DNA of 64,000 nt from Acidimicrobiaceae bacterium. GTDB taxonomy: Bacteria > Actinomycetota > Acidimicrobiia > Acidimicrobiales > RAAP-2. The notes below the pieces were generated by a model. It had not been told where the DNA came from and did not search any database. It was given only the letters and a program-made list of their open reading frames with translations. The DNA lies in contig PLZW01000038.1 of assembly GCA_003153575.1 (NCBI GenBank), positions 805 to 64,804 on the forward strand. Direction: 5' to 3'. Every line of letters begins with the position of its first letter. The first letter of the stretch is position 1. A program made the position numbers and the translations under genes. Positions 1 through 7,328 of this stretch are shown here, one piece after another.

Positions 1-226
1 GAGTCATGCGACCCGTCGAGACGTCGTATTTTGCGCCGTGCCAGGGGCACACCAGGCAACCCTCTTCATCGAGTGAACCTTCTGCGAGATCGGCGCGAAG
101 GTGGCGGCAACGCCGACTCACTGCGAATAATTCGCCTCCAGCGTTCCCCACCGCATAGTGGCCTGCGCCGCGAATGACGCCGGGTTGCAGTTCCGCAACG
201 GTTCCCACATCGACTTCTTCACTCAT
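1..226 (-). CDS. Rieske [2Fe-2S] domain protein, N-terminal part (gene continues past the left edge)
   Basis: Absent from the ORF track because there is no stop in the window. My reverse translation from ATG 226..224 is MSEEVDVGTVAELQPGVIRGAGHYAVGNAGGELFAVSRRCRHLRADLAEGSLDEEGCLVCPWHGAKYDVSTGRMT. It shows the C-x-H, 17 aa, C-x-x-H Rieske ligand pattern. A GGGAGGG Shine-Dalgarno (SD; + strand 232..238) lies 5 nt upstream. Confidence 0.8.
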   Translation of the reverse strand, partial: MSEEVDVGTVAELQPGVIRGAGHYAVGNAGGELFAVSRRCRHLRADLAEGSLDEEGCLVCPWHGAKYDVSTGRMT

Positions 227-246
227 TGTGACCCTCCCGGTGCCTT

Positions 247-516
247 TCAGAACCTTAGGCACATAATGGAGCCCAATGTCTCAAGGTGCTCAATCCCGGA
301 TCGGGGACACCCTCTCGGTAGCTGTACGAATGTGAACACACCGACCAGATTCCCGCTCTGGTGAGCACATCCACTGCGTTCACGAGAGCCGCTGTAGCCC
401 GTCTCGGGCGGTGATCCTGGTGGAGGCGGGAAGCAGCAGTCGTACGGGCCAGGGTTCGGGCCCGAGTGCACCAAGTCCACGACCAGTGTCCCCTCGACCA
501 CCCATACGTACGCCAC
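247..516 (-). pseudogene. Possible 3' relic of a paralogue of the 1810..2268 gene (CC-PPPP motif), without the TM or linker part
   Basis: ORF-track 89 aa. ...SGPNPGPYDCCFPPPPGSPPETGYSGSRERSGCAHQSGNLVG... parallels ...SNSGPYYCCFPPPPGSPLGMDYSGSRGCSGGADQNGNLVG... in 1810..2268. It has only a GTG start and I saw no SD. It overlaps an opposite-strand PKD-like frame, so coding status is unclear. Confidence 0.3.
341..460. repeat. Copy 1 of a dispersed 120-bp repeat (partner at 1841..1960)
   Basis: In a hand-counted ungapped alignment, 99 of 120 positions match 1841..1960. The offset is exactly 1500 bp. Confidence 0.8.
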
Positions 517-652
517 GGTCGGCGCCTATACCGCCAGCGTGACCGAGACCGACTCGGCCGGGACTTCCACCGCCAAGGTCTTCACCGGTCAGACCATGAG
601 CCGCAATGGGAGGAAGATTGCCCGCGCGACCCGCAGCGTAACGATCCACTGA
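398..652 (+). pseudogene. PKD/Ig-like domain fragment with no usable start codon
   Basis: Frame 2 reads ...GFGPECTKSTTSVPSTTHTYATVGAYTASVTETDSAGTSTAKVFTGQTMSRNGRKIARATRSVTIH, ending at TGA 650..652. Stops lie at 362 and 395, with no ATG/GTG/TTG before the domain. The HTY-x3-G-x-YT-x2-VT-x-TD-x2-G pattern is typical of PKD domains, and third-position GC is high. Confidence 0.3.
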
Positions 653-697
653 AGTACGAAAAGACCTCCGCGTTTCCGACGAGTACGTCGGAGATCT

Positions 698-841
698 ACG
701 TATCGTGTCCCCGACCACCAACACCCCCGGCACCCCATAGCGGTGGGTAGGGAACCCACCGCCATGGCGGTCAACCCCGGCGGCAAGGCCACAAACGTGG
801 CTAACGACGGTTCGGGATCCATCACTCCGATCGCCACTGCC
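698..841 (+). pseudogene. YVTN-type beta-propeller repeat fragment
   Basis: The same frame, after the TGA, reads TYRVPDHQHPRHPIAVGREPTAMAVNPGGKATNVANDGSGSITPIATA. This resembles the 40-residue YVTN repeat (VG..P.giAv.PdGk..yVaN.gSg.vtpIdta). Only one repeat unit is present and the flanks look like noise. Confidence 0.25.
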
Positions 842-958
842 ATCGCCCTCCACTTTGCCTCTCCACAGTGCGGTAGAGGTGCTCAGGCCTCAGCCGTACC
901 CGATCACCGACCCGGCGACGCAGGGGCACGCACACCACCCCTTGCTAATAAGTTTGCA

Positions 959-1705
959 TCAGTCAGCGTCTTCAAGGTCATCCGATAGTCCAGCCTCGAT
1001 ACGAGGCCACTGTGCGGTAGGACGCCCCCCCGGCCACGCAGACATTCGAGGCCAGTCGGGCGGCCCGCCGTCGGTTCGCGTGAGGTGACCCTGTTGTGGC
1101 CAACCGGGTGGCGAATCCTCCCAGGTTTCTTGGCGTCCATAGGGGGTGAGGTCCATGAGTGCATAGCTGTAGTCCATGGCTTCTGCGCCTCGCCGCATCG
1201 TCCAGTAGGTCTCGAAGACGCGGTCACCGTCTCGAAGATATGACACGAGATGGAACAAGCCAATCTCGCGTCCAACAAGGAGGGCGGGAAGGGAATCCTG
1301 TGCCGAATACCAAGGGGTGTTCCATCCCATGAAGTCCCGATAGCGGTTGCTTTGGTCGTAGGGCCCCTGACAGAGCACTGCGAAGGTGATGTCACGGGAG
1401 TGGAGATAGGACAGTTCACTGACGTGGCTGGTGACCCAAGTGCAACCTTCGCATTGCTCCGCTGCTGGGTGATTGGGATGCCACATGAAGTAGTAGGCGA
1501 GCAGCATCCGGCGACCATCGAATGCGTCGAGCAGCCGCATCTGGCCGTTGGGGCCGATCAAGGGTGTCATGCCGTCAACTTCCACCATGGGCACCCGACG
1601 GCGTGCGGCGGCGATGGCATCGCCCTCGTAAGTGTGTGCCTTTTCTCGGGTCCTCAGTGCATCCAGGTCGGCGTTGAACGTAGCCCTGTCAACCACTGGG
1701 GGCAT
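959..1705 (-). CDS. DUF899 thioredoxin-like family protein
   Basis: ORF 959..1834 trimmed to ATG 1705, which has a GGAGA SD 8 nt upstream. The product MPPVVDRATFNADLDALRTREKAHTYEGDAIAAARRRVPMVEV...CEGCTW... has the DUF899 layout and length (248 aa). Confidence 0.8.
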   Translation of the reverse strand: MPPVVDRATFNADLDALRTREKAHTYEGDAIAAARRRVPMVEVDGMTPLIGPNGQMRLLDAFDGRRMLLAYYFMWHPNHPAAEQCEGCTWVTSHVSELSYLHSRDITFAVLCQGPYDQSNRYRDFMGWNTPWYSAQDSLPALLVGREIGLFHLVSYLRDGDRVFETYWTMRRGAEAMDYSYALMDLTPYGRQETWEDSPPGWPQQGHLTRTDGGPPDWPRMSAWPGGRPTAQWPRIEAGLSDDLEDAD

Positions 1706-1809
1706 TCCGGGAGTCTCCACGGGGACCACTGTATTTCCGAAGACTGGGCGGCTGCAGCTCCAAGTCGTATCCCACGAATCCGGTGTAGTGGAGCACTCCG
1801 ACCGATGGG

Positions 1810-2268
1810 TCAGCAGTCCTTGCCATCTAGCCAATATCCACCTACCAGGTTCCCGTTCTGATCAGCACCCCCGCTGCATCCACGAGAGCCGCTGTAGTCC
1901 ATACCGAGTGGTGATCCTGGTGGAGGTGGGAAGCAGCAGTAGTACGGGCCAGAGTTGGAGCCGAGCGGATCGCCTGTTTGCCAGACCACTGGCCCGTAGA
2001 CCCCAGAGGTGATTTTGTCGATCATTACGGTCGTCGTGGGGGCAGCGACCGTTTTTGTCGTGACCGGCAGGGTCGTCGTGGGTGCGACCGTCGTGGTCGT
2101 ACTCGCCGGGACCTTTGTGGTGGTCGTGGCGCTGTCATCTGTTGAACTGCGGGTGGCGAGCGCAGTGATCCCCACGGCGGCCACGGCAACGATGGCGACT
2201 ATGACAACGATCATCCACCCGCTCAGCAGTGGCGTCTTCTTGTTCGCCTCGATTGGTCCTTCCGCCAC
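1810..2268 (-). CDS. Small single-pass membrane protein with a Thr-rich linker and a Cys-rich C-terminal CC-PPPP motif; function unknown
   Basis: GTG start with a GAGGA SD 6 nt upstream. It has a TM segment (WMIVVIVAIVAVAAVGITALA), a Thr/Pro/Val-rich linker, and the C-terminus GPYYCCFPPPPGSPLGMDYSGSRGCSGGADQNGNLVGGYWLDGKDC. Confidence 0.7.
   Translation of the reverse strand: MAEGPIEANKKTPLLSGWMIVVIVAIVAVAAVGITALATRSSTDDSATTTTKVPASTTTTVAPTTTLPVTTKTVAAPTTTVMIDKITSGVYGPVVWQTGDPLGSNSGPYYCCFPPPPGSPLGMDYSGSRGCSGGADQNGNLVGGYWLDGKDC
1841..1960. repeat. Copy 2 of the dispersed 120-bp repeat (inside the 3' end of the 1810..2268 CDS)
   Basis: See 341..460. Differences such as ccg/cca keep Pro codons on the minus strand. 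Confidence 0.8.
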
Positions 2269-2406
2269 GTCGTATCCTCACGCTCGGCTGGAACGTAGTT
2301 TCATCCGTCGTGCAAGCGCAACGGTGTCTTGGGTCGAAGCTACGAGGTCGGACCGAGTGCAGGCCCACTGGCCCGGCGGTGGGGGGCACCCAGCGGGGCT
2401 CGATGC

Positions 2407-2760
2407 TCAGTAGACGACTCGAAACCCGCCTATGAAGGTGATCCTGTTGCCATCAGGGTCGTTGATACTTGCCGTCCGGACACCTTTGTTGGCCATCTGA
2501 ATTTCGTCGAGCACCAAGCCCCTCGCTGCGAGTTCAGCGGCCTGCGCCTCCAGATCGTCCACCGCAAAGTTGAGAAGTGTGGACCCCGCTCGATCGGGGT
2601 CATGAAAGACCTGCACCCAGCCACTTTCTGTGATTCTCCACTCGACCAGCGTGTTCATGGGATGGTTGTCCTCCGGACGACCAACGAGAGCCTCGTACCA
2701 TTGCCGCGCTACCCGGATGTCGGAAACGGGGACTACGGCAAGCACATGATCAACGGACAT
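2407..2760 (-). CDS. VOC (glyoxalase/bleomycin-resistance/dioxygenase) family protein
   Basis: ORF 2407..2847 trimmed to ATG 2760 (MSVDHVLAVVPVSDIRVARQWYEALVG...DPDGNRITFIGG). ATG 2796 is an alternative start. Confidence 0.8.
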   Translation of the reverse strand: MSVDHVLAVVPVSDIRVARQWYEALVGRPEDNHPMNTLVEWRITESGWVQVFHDPDRAGSTLLNFAVDDLEAQAAELAARGLVLDEIQMANKGVRTASINDPDGNRITFIGGFRVVY

Positions 2761-2917
2761 GGGCTGAATCGTCCCACATTGCGGCTGTTCGAACATCACT
2801 ACGTGCGGCCGGGGCCTTTTCGGTGCGACCATCGCAGTTGTCCACACGCACCGACGTGCCGGAGCGAGGCAAGCAGCAAGGCGCGAGCACTACGTCAGCC
2901 GAGTTGGCGCACCCCGC

Positions 2918-3715
2918 TCATTTCCGAGGAGCTGCCTTGGCCCGGACGTAGGCGGCGGTGCCGGCCAGGAATCCCTCGGGGTCCTGCGCCTTCTGGGTGG
3001 CGAACTGGGCGAAGTACTCGGGGACGTACACAGAGAGGACACCGTCGGCAATGCCTCCCATGATGGTCCGGACAGCTTCGTCCACCGTGATGGCCTCGAC
3101 GTCGTCGGTAAATGGATCGTTGTCCGGCAGGGTAAATAGTTCGGTGTCGACCACGCCGGGGTACACCACGGTGACATTGACCCCGGTGTCCCACAGGTCG
3201 ACAGCCATCGCCTCGGAGAACACCGCCAGAGCGGCCTTGGATGCGTCGTAGGCCGCCTCGCCGGGTGAGCTGAGGGGGGCGGCCACCGACGACACGTTGA
3301 CGATGCGGCCCGACCCGCGTTCGATCATGTGGGGGAGCAGGGCCAGAGTCAGCCGTACCGGGGACAGGTAGTTGACGGCCATGACCGACGCCACCGTGGC
3401 CGCGTCCAGACGGGTCACGTGCCTGCGCTTGGGGATGCCGGCGTTGTTGACCAGGATGTCGACCCCGCCCAGGGTCTCGACCGCCTCGGCGGCCAGTCGA
3501 TCGACGGAGGCGTCGTCGGTCAGGTCGATGGTCCACATGGTCGAGCCGGGGGAGTGGACCCGGCAGCGTTCGAGGACCTCGGATAGGCGGTCGTGGCGGC
3601 GGGCCGCGATCCCGACGGTGGCGCCGGCGGCGGCGAAGGCCTCGGCGAGACCGGCGCCGATCCCCGACGAGCCCCCGGTGATCAGTACGCGCAAGCCCGC
3701 GAACGTGTCGGACAT
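2918..3715 (-). CDS. SDR family oxidoreductase
   Basis: ORF 2918..3985 trimmed to ATG 3715 with a GGGAGGG SD. Motifs: TGGSSGIG, NNAG, YDASK (YxxxK). It is a paralogue of 17534..18424. Confidence 0.9.
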   Translation of the reverse strand: MSDTFAGLRVLITGGSSGIGAGLAEAFAAAGATVGIAARRHDRLSEVLERCRVHSPGSTMWTIDLTDDASVDRLAAEAVETLGGVDILVNNAGIPKRRHVTRLDAATVASVMAVNYLSPVRLTLALLPHMIERGSGRIVNVSSVAAPLSSPGEAAYDASKAALAVFSEAMAVDLWDTGVNVTVVYPGVVDTELFTLPDNDPFTDDVEAITVDEAVRTIMGGIADGVLSVYVPEYFAQFATQKAQDPEGFLAGTAAYVRAKAAPRK

Positions 3716-3764
3716 GGTTCCCTCCCTCATGTGGTCGATCCTGCTGTCTTGGCCCGTCGGGACG

Positions 3765-4571
3765 TCACCGGTTCTTCCATTCCGGCGTCCGCTTCTCGGC
3801 GAAGGCCTTGGGCCCCTCGACGGCGTCCTCGCTGGCGAACACCTCTGAGGAGATGGTGGACTCGATCTTGTAGGCCTCCCGCATGTCGACCGCCAGACCC
3901 CGGAGCACCGACTCCTTCGTTTTGCGTATGGCCAGGGGCCCGTTGGCGGTGATGCGGCGGGCGTAGTCCTCGGCCCGGTCGGCAAGCACCTCGGAGGAGC
4001 ACACCTCGTTGAGTAGGCCCATCTCCAGCACCCGGGGGGCCGACAGCCGGTCGGCGCAGAGCAGGAGCTCCATGGCCGCCGGGAAGGGGATCTGGCGGGG
4101 TAGTCGCACGGTCGTGCCCCCGCCGGCGAAGAGGCCCCGCTTGGGCTCGAGCACGCCGAAGGTGGCCGTATCGGCCGCCACCCGGATGTCGCACCCGCCC
4201 AGCATCTCCATGCCCCCGGCCACGCACGTCCCGTTGACGGCGGCGACGATCGGTTTGTACAGCTTCACGTTGCGGAGTACAGCTTTGACCCCGTCGTCGA
4301 GCCGGTAGCCGTCGATCTCGGTGACCCCGTCCTTCATCTGCGCCGACAAGGCGGTGATCTGGGGGATGTACGTCTTGAGGTCGGCCCCGACGCAGAAGTC
4401 CGGTCCCACCCCGGTCACGATGGCCACCCACGCATCGTCCTCGGCGTCGAACCGCTCCCAGGCGGCGCGCAGCTGGGCGAAGTGCTCCATGTCGAGCGCA
4501 TTGCGCGCTTCGGGCCGGTCGATGGTGATCCTCACGATGTGGTCGTCACCCGGCTCGTAGTGGATGGGCAT
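3765..4571 (-). CDS. Enoyl-CoA hydratase/isomerase (crotonase) family protein
   Basis: ORF 3765..4895 trimmed to ATG 4571. The product MPIHYEPGDDHIVRITIDRPEARNALD...FCVGADLK...AAVNGTCVAGGMEMLGGCDIRVAA has crotonase-fold motifs. Confidence 0.9.
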   Translation of the reverse strand: MPIHYEPGDDHIVRITIDRPEARNALDMEHFAQLRAAWERFDAEDDAWVAIVTGVGPDFCVGADLKTYIPQITALSAQMKDGVTEIDGYRLDDGVKAVLRNVKLYKPIVAAVNGTCVAGGMEMLGGCDIRVAADTATFGVLEPKRGLFAGGGTTVRLPRQIPFPAAMELLLCADRLSAPRVLEMGLLNEVCSSEVLADRAEDYARRITANGPLAIRKTKESVLRGLAVDMREAYKIESTISSEVFASEDAVEGPKAFAEKRTPEWKNR

Positions 4572-4612
4572 GGTCCTCTTTTCGGTTCGATTCGGTTCGG
4601 TCCGGCTGTCGT

Positions 4613-6040
4613 TTACCGGGTGGCGGTGTGGCTGCCCCGGCGTCCGGGGGTCAGTTGGACGGATGAGCCGCACAGGTCTTCGTCCTCGCCCGGCAGATCG
4701 TCCAGGTGGGCGTAGGCGCGGGTCCCGTCGGGCAGGTCGCAGATGAGGGCGGTCGACGTCGGGCCCTGTCGATCGTGGACGGTCGAGAAAGTGGCGACCA
4801 CCGCGGGACCTTCGACGCCGGACACCACGGGCACGCTCGGCGCGGCGTTCGGGGGCCCGACGGCGTGGATGAAGCCCCCGGGCCGGGTCGACCACAGCGA
4901 CGCGGTGTGGTGCTCCATGTGCATCCCGATCCCGGTGACCAGGCCAAGAGAGTCGGGGTCGTCCCGAAGGGTCTCGACCATGGCGGCCAGGGCGTGGGTG
5001 CAGTAGTTGCTACCTGGGCCCCCGTGGTAGGGGAGGCCGCCGGTGACGGTCAGAGCCCCACCGACGGGCAGGCCCAGGGCGTCGCAGGCGAAGCCCAACG
5101 AGCTGGCGAAGCACGAGTAGAGGTCGAAGTGGGACACCTCGTCGGCGATGTGCTTCCCGAGGGCGGCGGCCCCCGCCGCGGCCAGAGCGGATGACCGTCC
5201 GAGGTCGGGCCGGGCGGCCAGGGCCGGCGCCTCGTCGGCGGCACCCAGGCCCCGGAGGTGGACACGCTTGTCGGCCGGCACCCCCAGACGGTCGGCCTCG
5301 GCCACGGTGGCGACCAGCACGGCGGCCGCCATGTCGACGTCCATGATGGCCGTCATCAGCTTCGTGTACGGCGTGGCCACCATGCGGTTGTCGGGTGACG
5401 GTGTGGTGAGCTCGTCGGGGGTGCGAGTTATTGGGAACCAGGCGTGCTCAGGTTGCGCGGCCGCCACCTCGGACATCGGGGAGAGCAGGGCGCCGAGCTC
5501 GCGGCGGTGCTCGGCCGGCGTCCGCCCGAGGGCCGCCCGCCGGGCGGTATCCAAGAGCGCGAAGGTCAGGTAGGCCTGGTAGATCCCGTTGGCCGCCTCG
5601 TCGCGGTCGATGGTGATGGGGAACGGCGTGGGGGTGGCCGGGGCGTGGGACCACGGCGGGTCGGGGAGGTGGCGGCGGGTGGCGAGCGCCTCGGCCCCGA
5701 CCACCAGGGCGAGGTCGAGCTCCCCCCTGGCCATGGCCAGCGCCGTCTGGCGGACCAGGCCCACGGGAACCGAGCCGCCGATGCCCGAGTAGACCCGGTG
5801 GGCGGGGTCGGCCCCCAACGCCGCGGCCAGTCGGCCGCACGGGTCGTCGTACTCCCAGGACTGGCAGTAGACGACCTGGAGGCTCTGCAAGGAGCGCAGG
5901 GCGTCGGGAGCCCCGGCGTCGCGGGCGGCCGCCCGGGCCACGTCCTCCCACAGGAGGAGGGGCTCCGGTGCGGGCTCCCGGCGCCAGGTGTGACGCGCCG
6001 CGCCGATGATGCACGGGGTCCGCGGGTCGACGGGCGCCAT
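4613..6040 (-). CDS. Thiolase-like protein with a C-terminal OB-fold (DUF35-like) extension
   Basis: ORF 4613..6370 trimmed to ATG 6040, 5 nt after the upstream ACAD stop. It shows thiolase-fold signatures (ELDLALVVGAEAL, TGGLPYHGGPGSNY). The last ~90 aa (GPAVVATFSTVHDRQGPTSTALICDLPDGTRAYAHLDD...GSSVQLTP) resemble the OB half of DUF35. Confidence 0.75.
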   Translation of the reverse strand: MAPVDPRTPCIIGAARHTWRREPAPEPLLLWEDVARAAARDAGAPDALRSLQSLQVVYCQSWEYDDPCGRLAAALGADPAHRVYSGIGGSVPVGLVRQTALAMARGELDLALVVGAEALATRRHLPDPPWSHAPATPTPFPITIDRDEAANGIYQAYLTFALLDTARRAALGRTPAEHRRELGALLSPMSEVAAAQPEHAWFPITRTPDELTTPSPDNRMVATPYTKLMTAIMDVDMAAAVLVATVAEADRLGVPADKRVHLRGLGAADEAPALAARPDLGRSSALAAAGAAALGKHIADEVSHFDLYSCFASSLGFACDALGLPVGGALTVTGGLPYHGGPGSNYCTHALAAMVETLRDDPDSLGLVTGIGMHMEHHTASLWSTRPGGFIHAVGPPNAAPSVPVVSGVEGPAVVATFSTVHDRQGPTSTALICDLPDGTRAYAHLDDLPGEDEDLCGSSVQLTPGRRGSHTATR

Positions 6041-6045
6041 GGACC

Positions 6046-7257
6046 TCAGGAGGAGCGGGCCTGTCCGGGCAGCCGGATGGCCCGGTCGGCGATGATGTTC
6101 TTCTGCACTTCGGTGGAGCCACCGCCGATGGTGCTGTAGCGCTGGAAGGCGTAGAGCCGGGTCCACTTGCCGCGGTCCACCGAGTCCGGTCCACCGCGTG
6201 CCAACAGGCCGGCCGGACCGAGGAGGTCCACGGCCAGGTCGGCCAACGTCTGGGCCAACTCCGACCACTTCAGTTTGGCGAAGGGCACCTCGGGCCAGTT
6301 CTTCTCGCCCTTGATGATCTTGCTCAACGCCCGCATGGTGAGGAGTCGGGCCAACTCGATGTCGGTCCACGCCCGGGCCAGCCGCACCTGGATGGACGGG
6401 TCCTCGAGGGCGGCGGGGTTGACCGACCGGGCGGCCATGACCATGGCGCGGAGGTCGGCCGCCAGGCTGGAGATCTGCCCGGCGATGCCCACCCGCTCGT
6501 ATCCGAGGGTGCCCATGGCCACCAGCCAGCCCTCGCCCTCGCCCCCGAGACGGCTGTCGAGGGGGAGGTGGGCGTCGTTGAAGTACACCTCGTTGAACAT
6601 CTCCTCACCCGTCATGTCACGGATGGGCCGCACCTCGATCCCGGGGGTGTGCATGTCGACGATGAAGGCGGTGATCCCCTCGTGCTTGGCCCCACGCTCG
6701 ATGGCGGTCGGGTCGGTCCGGAGGAGGAAGAGGCCCCAGCGGGCCAGGTGGGCGGTGGAGATCCAGATCTTCTGGCCGTTGACCACGTAGCCGTCGCCGT
6801 CACGGATGGCCGTGGTGCGCAGGTTGGCCAGGTCGTTGCCGGCGTCGGGCTCGGAGAACCCTTGACACCAGTGCTCGGAGGCGTCGAGGATGCAGGGGAG
6901 CCAGCGCGCCTTCTGCTCGTCGGTCCCCCAGGCGATGATCATCGGCCCGATCTGCCAGAGCCCGTTGGGGTTGGCGAGCCCCGGTGTCCGGTACTCGGTC
7001 ATCACTTCGGAGTAGAGGATGCGTTGCATGGCGGTTGCCGCCCGCCCGTTGTACTCCTCGGGCCAGTGCACCGCCGCCCAACGCCCCTCGTTCAGGACCC
7101 GCTGCCAGCTCGCCCGGCGCTGCTGGGCCTTCTCCGGCGACATGGCTCCGTCGTCGGCCATCTCCTCGCTGGCCAGGAACGGCTCGAGGTGCTCGTCCAG
7201 CCATCCGCGCAGCTCGTCACGGAACTGTTCGTCTTCGGGGGCAAGGGTGAAGTCCAC
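6046..7257 (-). CDS. Acyl-CoA dehydrogenase, alpha-type subunit
   Basis: 403 aa with a GTG start (VDFTLAPEDEQFRDELRGWLDEH). Motifs: WCQGFSEPDAGNDLANLRT, GQKIWIST, GGGSTEVQKNIIADR. Confidence 0.92.
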   Translation of the reverse strand: MDFTLAPEDEQFRDELRGWLDEHLEPFLASEEMADDGAMSPEKAQQRRASWQRVLNEGRWAAVHWPEEYNGRAATAMQRILYSEVMTEYRTPGLANPNGLWQIGPMIIAWGTDEQKARWLPCILDASEHWCQGFSEPDAGNDLANLRTTAIRDGDGYVVNGQKIWISTAHLARWGLFLLRTDPTAIERGAKHEGITAFIVDMHTPGIEVRPIRDMTGEEMFNEVYFNDAHLPLDSRLGGEGEGWLVAMGTLGYERVGIAGQISSLAADLRAMVMAARSVNPAALEDPSIQVRLARAWTDIELARLLTMRALSKIIKGEKNWPEVPFAKLKWSELAQTLADLAVDLLGPAGLLARGGPDSVDRGKWTRLYAFQRYSTIGGGSTEVQKNIIADRAIRLPGQARSS

Positions 7258-7279
7258 GGGACGAGATGCTAGCCGGGCA

Positions 7280-7297
7280 CCCGTCTACACTGACGGG
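7280..7297. promoter_or_regulatory. Palindrome CCCGTC-N6-GACGGG in the divergent ACAD promoter region (candidate operator)
   Basis: Read directly from the sequence. The spacer TACACT (7286..7291) fits a TANNNT -10 for the + strand gene. On the minus strand, TAGCAT (as atgcta, 7266..7271) lies 8 nt before the GTG of 6046..7257. Confidence 0.3.
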
Positions 7298-7328
7298 CAA
7301 ATCGTCAACAGTGCCCCGGGGGGTCGCA

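Noticed and set aside
158-364. A 68-aa plus-strand ORF, and other short ORFs in the first kilobase (380..853(-), 466..750(+), 589..843(-), 855..1088(+), 904..1518(-)).
   Set aside because: They have no SD and no recognisable domains. They either overlap the DUF899 gene antisense or lie in the decayed region. Only the frame segments with PKD-like or YVTN-like signatures were kept, as fragments.
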